This document shows positions 25,819 through 37,315 of a DNA stretch of 64,000 bases, piece after piece. Under the pieces are notes generated by a model that saw only the letters and a program-made list of their open reading frames with translations, searched no databases and was not told the origin of the DNA. Location: NCBI GenBank assembly GCA_963514005.1, contig OY740807.1:2356001-2420000 (forward strand), written 5' to 3'. How positions within the stretch are numbered: the first letter of the stretch is position 1; every line of letters begins with the position of its first letter. The translations under genes and the position numbers were made by a program. The DNA comes from Raja brachyura (taxonomy: Eukaryota).

Positions 25819-25975
25819 TTACCCTTTGGGGACATTATTTTTGTTTGGTATGAATAAATACCTGATTTTTGTTTTTCAGCCAGTGTCTTGTCTGAATTGC
25901 GTTCATCCTCTTATCCGAACTTTAGCGGTGTGTGAGCATGGAGCTTCCAGGGCATGAAATCACAGAGCTTTGAAA

Positions 25976-26088
25976 TCTTCACGTAGTCACTCACGTGACT
26001 CCGAAGTAAAATAGTAAGATTAAACGAGAACTTACCAGTTTGAAGTTTGATCTTTATTTTATGAGGAGTTACGATGAGGGATTACGTG
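25976..26088 (+). repeat. DIRS internal complementary region (ICR)
   Basis: 25976-26012 is the reverse complement of the left terminus 21523-21559. 26010-26088 is the reverse complement of the right extension 26236-26314. Confidence 0.95.
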
Positions 26089-27825
26089 CCCTCCGCTCCC
26101 AACCCTCTATTATAAAGATCACCTGGTATGGAAGTTCTCTTTTTTATCTTACTATATTAGTCATTGTGACTGTATTTTCTGTGATTTCACACCACTGCTT
26201 TGAAGAATGTCGCGCATGCGTGCTGGCGGGGTCTTCACGTAATCCCTCATCGTAACTCCTCATAAAATAAAGATCAAACTTCAAACTGGTAAGTTCTCGT
26301 TTAATCTTACTATTATAATTAGCCTTGACTTCGCCTTGTGGCCAGAGATTGGAGTTATAGCAATCTGTTACAAAACTGAGTTTTATTTTCATCAAGAGTA
26401 GCCATATAATAACCATATAACAATTACAGCACGGAAACAGGCCCTCTCGGCCCTTCCAGTCCATGCCGACCATTTATTTTCCCCTAGTCCCATCTACCTA
26501 CACTCAGACCATATTACCTTCCCGTACATATACCTATCCACTTTACTTTTAAATGTTAAAATCGATCCTGGCTTCACCACTTCTGCTGGAAGCTCATTCC
26601 ACACAGCCACCACTCTCTGAGTAAAGAAATTCCTCCTCATGTTACCCCTAAACTTCTGTCCCTTAATTCTCATGTCATGCCCTCTTGTTTGAATCTTCCC
26701 TACCCTCAATGGGAAAAGCTTATCCACGTCAAATCTGTCTATCCCTTTCATCATTTTAAAGACCTCAATCAAGTCCCCCCCTATCCTCCTACGCTCCAAA
26801 GCATAAAGACCTAACTTGTTCAACCTTTCTCTGTAACTTAGTTGCTGGAACCCAGGCAACATTCTGGTAAATCTCCTCTGTACTCACTCTATTTTGTGGA
26901 CATCCTTACTATAATTAGGCAACCAAAATTGTACACCATACACCAGAATTGGTCTTACCAATGCCTTGTACAATTTTAACATTACTTCCCTACTCCTACA
27001 TTCAATACCCTGATTTATAAAGGCCAGCACACCAAAAGCTTTCTTTACCACCCTATCTACATGCGATTCCACCTTCAGGGAACTATGCACAGTTATTCCT
27101 CGATCCCTCTGCTCCACAGCATTCCTCAATTCCCTACCATTTACCATGTACGTCCTATTTTGATTTATCCTGCCAAGATGTAGCACCTCACACTTATCAG
27201 CATTAAACTCCCTCTGCCATCTTTCAGCCCACTTTTCCAAATGGCCCAAATCTCTCTGTAGACTTTGAAAATGTACTTAATTATCCACAGCACCACCTAT
27301 CTTAGTATCATCTGCATACTTACTTACCCAATTTTCCACCCCATCATCCAGATCATTGATGTACATGACAAACAGTGGACCCAACACAGATCCCTAAGGC
27401 ACCCCACTGGTCACCGGCTTCCAACCTGACAAACAGCCATCCACCATTACTCTCTGACATCTCCCATTCAGCCACTGTTGAATCCATCTTGCTACTCCGC
27501 CATTAACACCCAAAGATTGAACCTTCTTAACCAACCTTCCATGGGGAACCTTGTCAAAGGCCTTACTGAAATCCATATAGACAACATCCACCGCTTTACC
27601 CTCATCAATTTCCCCAGTAACCTCTTCAAAAAATTCAAGAAGGTTTGTCAAACATGACCTTCCAGGCACAAATCCAGTTGACTGTTCCTGATCAGACCCT
27701 GTTTATTCAGATGCTTATATATATTATCTCGAAGTATCCTTTCCATTAATTTGCCCACCACTGACGTCAAACTAACAGGTCTATAATTGCTAGGTTTATT
27801 CTTTGAAGCCTTTTCAAACAATGGG

Positions 27826-28204
27826 TTAAAAGAAGGTTGGGGGGGACCGATAGACAGAGTTGACGTGGATAAGCTTTTCCCATTGAGGGTAGGGAAGATT
27901 CAAACAAAAGGGCATAACATGAGAATTAAGGGACAGAAGTTTAGGCGTAACATGAGGAGGAACTTCTTTACTCAGAGAGTGGTGGCTGTGTGGAATGATC
28001 TTCCAGCAGAAGTGGTGGAGGCAGGATCGATTTTAACATTTAAAAGTAAAGTGGATAGGTATGTGGACGGAAAGGGAATGGAGGGGTATGGCCTGAGTGC
28101 AGGTAGATGGTACTAGGGGAAAATAAATGGTCGGAACGGATTGGAAGGGCCGAGAAGGCCTGTTTCCGTGCTGTAATCGTTATATGGTTATATGTTATAT
28201 GGTT
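27826..28204 (+). mobile_element. 5'-truncated CR1 (second subfamily) inserted antisense in the CR1 above
   Basis: ORF2 C-terminus NFFTQRVVAVWN plus ATATGGTT tail; AATGG on both flanks. Confidence 0.85.
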
Positions 28205-28838
28205 AATGGAACAACATGCGCAGTACGCCAATCCTCCGGCACTATTCCCGTTTCTAATGACATTTGAAATATTTCTGTCCTAGCTACTGCTATTTCTACA
28301 CTAACTTCCCTCAATGTCCTAGGGAATATCCTGTCAGGACCTGGAGACTTATCCACTTTTATATTTTTCAAATGTGTCAGTACCTTCTCATCTTTGAATC
28401 TCATAGTTTCCATAGCTACTCTACTTTTTTCCCTTACCTCACAGAGTTCAATATCCTTCTCCTTGGTGAATACTGAAGAAATGAAATTGTTCAATATCTC
28501 CCCCATCTCTTTTGGCTCTGCAGATAGCTGTCCATTCTGGCTCTCTAATGGTCCAATTTTATCCCTCGTTATCCTTTTGCTATTAATATAGTTGCAGAAA
28601 CACTTTGGATTTACTTTCACCTTTCTTGCCAAAGCAACCTCATATCTTCTTTTAGCCTTTCTAATTTCTTTCTTCAGATTTGTTTTACATTCTTTATACT
28701 CCTCTTGCACCTCATTTACTCCATGCCTCCTATAATTATTGTAGATATCTCTCTTTTTTCGAAACAACTGTCCAATTGCCCTTGAAAACCATGGCCCTTT
28801 CCAATTTTTACTATTTCCTTTCAACCGAACAGGGACAT

Positions 28839-28968
28839 GTCTGAAGAAGGGTCTCGACCCGAAACATCGCCTATCTCCTTCACTCCTTAGATACTGCTGC
28901 ACCCGCTGAGTTTCTCCAGCTTTTTGTGTAACCCTCGATTCTCCAGCATCTGCAGTTCCTTCTTTAAC
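28839..28968 (+). mobile_element. 130-bp Penelope-derived element with hammerhead-like core
   Basis: 10-bp TSD ACAGGGACAT (28829-28838, 28969-28978); interrupts CR1 ORF2; begins GT-CTGAAGAAGGGTCTCGACCCGAAAC. Confidence 0.85.
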
Positions 28969-31900
28969 ACAGGGACATAAAGATTCTGTACTCCTACAAT
29001 TTCCCCTTTAAATGTCCTCCATTTCTCTTCTACATCCTTCCCATAAAACAAAATGTCCCAATTCACTCTTTTTAAATCCTTACGCATTCCCTCAAAGTTA
29101 GCCTTTCTCCAATCAAAAATCTCAACCCTAGGTCCAGTTCTGACTCTCTCCATAATTATATTGAAACTAATGGTATTGTGATCGCTGGTCTCGAAGTGCT
29201 CACCAACGCATACCTCCGTCACCTGACCTGCCTCATTTCCTAACAGGAGGTCCAGCACTGCCCCTTCTCTGGTCGATACCTCTATGTATTGCTGCAAAAT
29301 ACTATCCTGCACACATTTTACAAACTCCAAACCATCCAGCACATTTACAGAATGTGTTTTCCAGTCTATTTTTGGAATTGAAATCTCCCACAATCACTAC
29401 CTTGTGCTTACTACTAATATCTGCTATCTCCTTACATATTTGCTCTTCCAATTCTCGCTCCCCATTTGGCGGTCTATAATACACCCCTAAAATTGTTGCT
29501 ACACCGTTCCCACTTCTCAGTTCCACTAAAATCGCCTCCCTAGACGAACCCTCTAATCTATCCTGCCAAAGCACTGCTCTAATATCTTCTCTGACAAGCA
29601 ATGCTCCACCTCCACCTCTGGTCCCTCCAATTCTATCACACCTGAAGCAACAAAATCCTGGAATATTTAGTTTCCAATCACAGCCCTCCTGCAACCATGT
29701 TTCACTGATTGCCACATCATATTTCCAGGTGTCAATCCAGGCTCATCCACCTTTCTTACAATGTTCCTAGCATTAAAATATACACATTTTGGAAACCCAC
29801 CATCCCTTATTCTCTGTTTATTATCTTTTTCCTCTTTCTCGCCTACATTTTGGGTCCGAGTGCTTCCCTTCTCTGCCTCTTGCCCCACACCCTGTCCCCT
29901 AGCCCCCTCTACCCATGTCCCTCCCCCCAGCCTTTCTAGTTTAAAGTCTCCCCAGTAGCCTTTGCAAATCTCCCTGCCACGATATTGGTCCCCCTCGGTT
30001 TCAAGTGCAACCCGTCCTTTTTGTACAGATCATGCCTTCCCCAAAAGAGGTCCCAGTGATCAAGAAACTTGAATCCCTGCCCACTGCACCAGTCCCTCAG
30101 CCACGCTTTTATCCTCCACCTCATTCCATTCCTACTCTCACTGTCACGCGGCACAGGCAGTAATCCTGAAATTGTTACCCTTTTGGTCCTTCTCCTTAAC
30201 TTTCCCCCCAACTCCCTAAATTCTCCTTTCAGGACCTCTTCTCTTTTTCTGCCTATGTCATTGGTACCTATGTGTACCACAACATCAGGCTCCTCTCCCT
30301 CCCTTTTCAGAATCTTTTGGACACGTTCCGACACATCCGAGACCCTGGCACCAGGGAGGGAAACTACCATCCGGGTCTCCCGACTGCGTCCACAGAATCG
30401 CCCATCCAACCCCCTAACTATGGAGTCCCCTATTACAATTACCCTCCTCTTTTTGCTACCCTTCCGAGCATTAGGGCCGTTCTGTGCCGGAGGCCCGGCC
30501 GCTGTTGCTGCCCCCAGGTAGGCTGTCCCCTCCAATCGTACTCAAACCAGAGTACCTATTTTCCAGGTGTACAGTCACAGGGGTACTCTCTAGCCCCTGC
30601 CTCTGCCCCTTGCCCTTCCTAACTGTGACCCACTTGTCTGTCTCCTGTGGTCTGGGAGTGACCACCTCCCTGTAGCTCCTCTCTATGACCTCCTCACTCT
30701 CCCTGACCAGACGGAGGTCATCGAGCTGCTGCTCCAGGTTCCTAACACAGTCCTTTAGGAGCCCCATCTCGACACACCTGGCGCAGATGTGGACGTCTGG
30801 AGGGCTATCAGCTTCCCTGACCACCCACATCTGACATCCACAACAGTACACTGCCTTGGCCTTCATACTCCCCCCTTACACAGGATACAATATCAACACA
30901 ATACAAAGTACACAACAAACTGCTGGAATCTGACTGCCAATCAGCTGCTTACCCTAGTCCACTTCCCACCAATCAGCGGCTTCCTCAAAAAACCAAAAAA
31001 AAAACACTTCTCCGAGTAATTGGCAATATAGCAGCTGTGTTTCAGCCGAGCAAATCTAGGAACTGATATCGTGTAAGTAGCAATTAGACCATTGTTAACA
31101 ACCTCATGCTATTGTCAGCTGAAGCTACCTCAGCCACAATGATGAAGTAACAGTATTCAGCATTGCTGAACATGACAATAAGTAATTGAACTTAAACTTG
31201 AACTTGAAACTCGCTACAGTAGTGTGGTCAGTTGAATTCAGTTATTACAAACTGATGCTTAGGACTCTAGATGAGAAGTTCCGAATACCATCACCTATGG
31301 TATTGGAGATTGCATGAATTACCAATTCTTCAATTGTTGGTATCAACTTATTCCAAAGAGGAAGAAAGATTCCAAGGGAGTAAGAGGCAACTGTGGCTGA
31401 CAAGGGAAGTTAGGGACAGTGTAATACTAAAAGAAAAGGTGTATAACATAGCAAGAGTAGCAGAAATCCAGGGGATTGGGAAGCTTTCAAAGGACTTCAG
31501 AAGGTAACAAAAAAGGCAATACGGGGTGAAAAGATGAAGTACGAAGGTAAACCCGCCAAGAACATGAAGAAGGATAGTAAAAGCTTATTTAGGTATGTTA
31601 AGAGAGAAAGATTAGTTAAGATGTTGGTCCCTTGAAGATCAGAAGCAGGTGAAATTATTATGGGGAACAAGGAAATAGCAGAAGATTTGAACAGCTTCTG
31701 TCTTCATTAAGGAAGACACAAACAATCTCCCAGATGTACTAGAGGACAGAGGATCTAGGGAGACAGGGAACTGAAATAAATTTGCATTAGACTAGAAATA
31801 ATATTGGGTAGACTAACTGGACTGAAGGCTGATAAATCCCCAGAGCCTAATAGTCTGCATCCCAGGGGACTCAAGGAGGTGGCTCTGGAAATCGTGCATG

Positions 31901-33414
31901 CATTGGTGATCATTTTCCAATGTTCTATTGTTTCAGGATCAGTTCTGGATTGGAGGATAGCTAATGTTATCCCACTTTTCGAAAGGAGCGAGAGAGAAAA
32001 CGGGGAATTATAGACGAGTTAGCCTGACATCGGTGGTGGGGAAGATGCTGGAGTCAATTATTAAAGTAGTAATGACAGTGCATTTGGATAGCAGTAAAAG
32101 GATTGGTCCAAGTCAGCATGGATTTACTGTATGAAGGGGAAATCCTGCTTGAATATTTACAATATATATTAAAAATTTAGATGGAATTAAAAGTAACACT
32201 AGCAAATTTGCAGATGACACAAAGCTGGGTGTGAGTATAAACTGCAAAGAGGATGAGGTTGCAGGGTGACTTGGACAGGTTGAGTGAGTGGGCAGATGCA
32301 TGGCAGATGCAGTATAATAGTAAGATTAAACGAGAACTTACCAGTTTGAAGTTTGATCTTTATTTTATGAGTCGTCGAGTTGAGGGACTACGTGAAGAAC
32401 CCCGTACAGCCGTTCGTGCGTCAATCTTCAAAGCAACGGTGTGAAATCACAGCAAATAATAACTGAAGTATAATGTAAGATAAAGACTAGAACTACCAGA
32501 TGAAATCTATAAGGGCTGGGAGCGGAGGGCACGTAGTCCCTCAACTCGACTCCTCATAAAATAAAGATCAAACATCAAACTGGTAAGTTCTCGTTTAATC
32601 TTACTATTTTACTTCGGAGTCACGTGAGTGACTACGTGAAGACTTCAAAGCTCTGTGATTTCATGCCGTGTGAAACGAGTATACACAACCACAGCTGCTT
32701 CATTGACAAATGAAGGGAAAACATTCATAATGCATACAGTCATAACATAGATGTAAAACATGCTGATGCTGTTTAAATGAAACAATAATATTTCTATCTC
32801 TCACCCAGATGGAACATATAACCAGAACATAAATAGAGTTAACAATACTCCTGGTTCACCAATGGGTCATTACAGATGTTTGGAGATTCATTCGATGGAC
32901 CATACTCCAGCCGCAACAATGCGACCCAGCGGAACATAAGTACCCTTGCTGCTGATGTTGTAGCAGCCCTGGTGGAATGAGATCTGGAAACAGAATCCAT
33001 TAGTACATAACACAACTCCGTTTTCCTCATCTGGAATGCCATGAACAATATGTTCTCCCAAATTCTTTGTGACTAACAACATTGCTAGTCCAGAACTCCA
33101 AGGCTCTTGATGACCTTGACATATTGTTGTATACATGTGTGCTTACCTTATCAAAGGTCCCCTGGTATGCCTGTGACTATTTTGAGACCTGACCCCCTTC
33201 TGGTCTGCTCAAGTATTTATAACATATTATATATTATAATTTACAGACATTATCATCCTGTACCATCACAATTATTTAGCGACTGAACCTGCTGCACTAA
33301 ACCAGTGCCAGAAGGATAACTACCTAATAAACTCCAGCCAAATTTAAGGATATAGTTGCTGCCTCCTGGTGAAATAGTGTTCACAAATATCAACATCGCA
33401 TATGGCATTATGGT

Positions 33415-34068
33415 ATGGTATGTTAGCTTTCATAGCAAAAGGATTTGAGTATAGGAGCAGGGAGGTTCTACTTCAGTTGTATAGGGTCTTGGTGAGGCCA
33501 CACCTGGAGTATTGCATACAGTTCTGGTCTCCAAATCTGAGGAAGGACATTATTGCCATAGAGGGAGTGCAGCGAAGGTTCACCAGACTGATTCCTGGGA
33601 TGTCAGGACTGTCTTATGAACAAAGACTGCATAGACTCGGTTTATACTCTCTAGAATTTCGGAGATTGAGAGGGGATCTTATAGAAACTTACAAGATTCT
33701 TAAGGGGTTGGACAGGCTAGATGCAGGAAGATTGTTCCCGGTGTTGGGGAGGTCCAGGACAAGGGGTCACAGCTTAAGGATAAGGGGGAAATCCTTTAGG
33801 ACCGCGATGAGAAGGAATTTTTTCACACAGAGAGTGGTGGGTCTCTGGAATTCTCTGCCACAGAGGGTAGTTGAGGCCAGTTCATTGGATATATTTAAGA
33901 GGGAGTTAGATGTGGCCCTTGTGGCTAAGGGGATCAGGGGGTATGGAGTGAAGGCAGGTACGGGATACTGAGTTGGATGATCAGCCATGATCATATTGAA
34001 TGGCGGTGCAGGCTCGAAGGGCCGAATGGCCTATTCCTGCACCTAATTCCTATGTTTCTATGTTTCTA
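33415..34068 (+). mobile_element. Young 5'-truncated CR1 inside non-autonomous DIRS
   Basis: 189-aa ORF2 C-terminus, ATGTTTCT tail. Confidence 0.93.
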
Positions 34069-36244
34069 TTATACTGGTCCTGGGACCTATGTTGAAGATA
34101 TCCTACCCCTTGATAACCGGTGTGGACCCGACAGCGAGTCTTGTTTGTTACAGCCAATTCAATGAGGAAGCTCATCGAGCCAATTAATGGCCGTATAACT
34201 CCATAAGTAACAGACAATCATTTAGCATGAACTCGAAACATTAGCAATCAATACCATTTTCCATGGAACATGAGCATAACAAACTCTTCCATCTCCTGGA
34301 AAAGAAATTCAGCCATTTGGTGCTATGCAAACACTTTGAACACATAGGATAGATGTAACAACCCAAACCTTAGGACAGTTTGTTAGACCTGCAGAACATA
34401 AATTTGAGTTTATCATGCAACATCTGATTTCCGAAACCTCAGGCTGAACAAGCAAATTCAAGTTTAAAATAACCAATAAGGTTATATAATTATTTGCAAC
34501 AAATCGGGAATCAATTTGCATAATCACACAATAGGAACTTAAAGCCTCTTAATTACTTTATTTGAAACATCGATTGATGAGACAAAATGGAGGTAGCCAT
34601 AAAAGACCCACCTGCTCCTTTTGGCGAGAATGTATCTTTCGTCACTGCTATGCCAACTATTTTGCAACCAGTGAAATAAACATGAAACCAACATACATAT
34701 GTATACACATATATTCATATCAGGTGTTCCATTCAACCAGAATTTCATAATACAGTGCGATTCAACACCAACTCTGTGTTGCCATTACCCACACTTGATG
34801 ATTCTCCTGTGGCAACAAAATTATGTAACCATTCCAGTGATTCTTTAACCGATTGCACCCTCGTGACTAACATATGCCATCATCACAATGCATCAACCTG
34901 AACATGAGCATGACAATATGCTTATTTGTCCAATCACTCTATAGCCCATACAATGCCCATAGAGTCTATAAATAGTTGATACTAATAACAGAACTTTTTG
35001 GGCAAGTCATGCAAATCTGTTCCATCTCCAAACTCGAGATGATCTTTCAGCTACTTGGTAACTACCTTAAATAGCAACTGTGGCCCGATTTCCGAGCCAG
35101 TCTAGCAAGACAATCTTGGTCCTTATACTGAACCTGTCCAATTCTAACCTGCTTGAAAACCAATATTGTATATTTTACATTTACCGTTCAAAGTAGCTGA
35201 TAATGTCTCAATCATTTGTACTGTATAACTAAGTATACACCTTACCAAACTGCAAGTGGTCCCTTAATTGTAGAGTAGCACAAGTCCAGTGCGTGGAACC
35301 TCTGGCCAGCTTTCATGCTGCCAGCAACTTCAGTGAACCGCTACTGCCAAAAAAGACATGGGATGCATTGTTGCCAAAACTATGAAACCTTGCTTGTTCC
35401 AATAGCTTGTGCTTCGCCCTCCAGGTTTCACCTATGGAAAAGTCTTACCTGAATAGAGGATTCGGCAGCCAACTGTAATGTCCCCCTCAGAGCGGTGTTC
35501 ACTGCATATTGTGTTTGGGATGGTAACTTTCTTGCCAGGCATAGACCTCTGGCACATGCCCCGATCTCTTGGGCATGCTCTATGGCTATACCCTCAGACT
35601 CGGCGTTAAACTATACCAATCCCACATGCTCACCTCTTACATGAGGGAGCCATAAAGCAGGCCTGCTACAAAGCCCTGCTGACACCATTTCCCATTTAGG
35701 CCATTAGCACCAATTTGCAATAGAATAAAAGGTTTACCTAACAACTACTAGAGCAGTAATGAACACTGTTTGTCCATCATCGTGACATTATTAATTTCAG
35801 CTGGTGTTAACAATGACCTAGATGGCACTTACTAATTAACCATTTAACAAAATAACTGTTGCACTACTTACACACCTGAATTGCATCTATGCACTTAACA
35901 ATTAGTCCAACGACTAGAACTGTTTTATACCAACAACTGTTACCAAAGTCTTATTGACTGCAATCTGTTGCCCAGGCCGGCATCATGGCCAATTGAATAC
36001 CTAAAAGTAAATCCCAACATCCTACAAATCTATTTGATAGGACTTAATCTAACTGGATAGAGGAGCCCAATTTCTCAAATATAGTTTGAGACTAGACAGC
36101 GGATTTTAGCACAAGCGCTTTTAAACTGTGTATAGTTTTCTTTGAATACTTTTGTCATCATTCTGTTATATTGCCTTATCCTAACAATGCCTCCTCATCC
36201 CCCATGATCACTGTGAATGGGAATACCCTACTAAACTGCTATTC

Positions 36245-36760
36245 CCATAAAGCAGCCCTAACAAGGTACCCCTGGTGCCCATGAAGCAGCCCTGAACAAA
36301 GTAGCTGCTGGCCCGGACTTTCCCATAGCCCAGTATTTGCCGTAGATTTGGCATTCTCATCAAGCAGCCCTGAGCAAAGGTGCTGCTGGCATAACCTCTC
36401 CAATAGGCTAGCCTACCATAACTTGGCATTCCCTTAGAGCAGTCCTGAGCAAAGGTACTGCTGGCACCGCCTCTGCAATAGGCTAGCCTGCCATAGTTTG
36501 GTATCCCCATGAGCAGCCCTGAGCAAAGGTGCTGCTGGCACAGCCTCTCCAATAGGCTAGCCTGCCATAGCTTGGCATCCCCATGAGCAGTCCTGAGCAA
36601 AGGTACTGCTGGCACAGCCTCTCCATCAGGCTAGCCTACCATAACTTGGCATCCCCATTAGCAGTCCTAAGCAAAGGTACTGCTGACACAGCCTTTCCCA
36701 TAGGCTGGCACTGCCATAACTTGACATTCCCATGAAGCAGCCCTACCCAAAAGTGCTGCT
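36245..36760. repeat. About 74-bp tandem repeat, about 7 copies, inside non-autonomous DIRS
   Basis: GCAG(C/T)CCT(G/A)AGCAAAGGT recurs at 36364, 36439, 36513, 36587, 36661, with a degenerate copy at 36737. Confidence 0.9.
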
Positions 36761-36959
36761 CTCTAAATTAATTCCTAGAGGTGAAATCTCCCAACTTTCC
36801 CAATTGTACTGATTATTTTGTCCATATCCTGGGGATTATTGTAGTTTGAGAAACCCATAGGTGAATTTCCCCTCACCAGGAATCCATATAAATATAATAT
36901 ATATATAAATATATACCCACGGTACCCTCATGGCACGCAGGCTAATGATTTATGTGAAT

Positions 36960-37315
36960 TAACCCCATTACCTGGGGACTACTGTGGTCTGGGAACCACA
37001 CATATACCTGGGTTTCCCCTGCACCGGGAACCCAGCCTAACCTTTAGGTTTGTTTTAACCCCATGCGCTGGGGACTACTGCGATGTAAAACCGCATATAC
37101 TTGGGATTCCCCTGCACCGGGAACCCAGCCTAACCATTTAAGTTAGTTTTACCCAATGTCCCCGGGACTACTGCGGTCTAGAACCGCATATGCTTGAGTT
37201 TATCCTCCCCGGGAACCCAGGCAGACCGTTCAGGTCCGTTAAGCCCCATCCCCTAGGGACTACTGCGGTCTAAAACCGCACTATTCTCGGGTTTCCCCTA
37301 CCCGGGAACCCAACG
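36960..37315. repeat. About 92-96-bp tandem repeat, 4 copies
   Basis: GGGACTACTG..CCGGGAACCCA recurs at 36975, 37071, 37164, 37256. Confidence 0.88.

Larger units (their letters stand above)
21523..26314 (+). mobile_element. Full-length DIRS1-type tyrosine-recombinase retrotransposon
   Basis: ITRs at 21551-21584 and 26207-26240. ICR 25976-26088 is complementary to both termini. Three open ORFs. ATT at both ends. Confidence 0.96.
17833..26400 (+). mobile_element. Older degenerate DIRS (left end at 17833) hosting a CR1 and the intact DIRS; right end not found
   Basis: Left terminus ATTTTACTTCGGAGTCATGTGAGTGA inserted in a CR1. Internal repeats are related to those of 32316-37647. LALTS..QR-like YR remnant resumes at 26315-26400. 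Confidence 0.7.
26403..31015 (-). mobile_element. Near full-length CR1 LINE, second subfamily ((ATATGGTT)n tail), disrupted
   Basis: ORF1 zinc finger + esterase (29936-30866) and APE/RT pieces 26494-29888. Contains an inverted CR1 3' fragment and a 130-bp insertion. Confidence 0.93.

Noticed and set aside
36245-37315. CRISPR-like repeat arrays
   Set aside because: Whole units repeat with no unique spacers, and there are no cas genes; these are minisatellites
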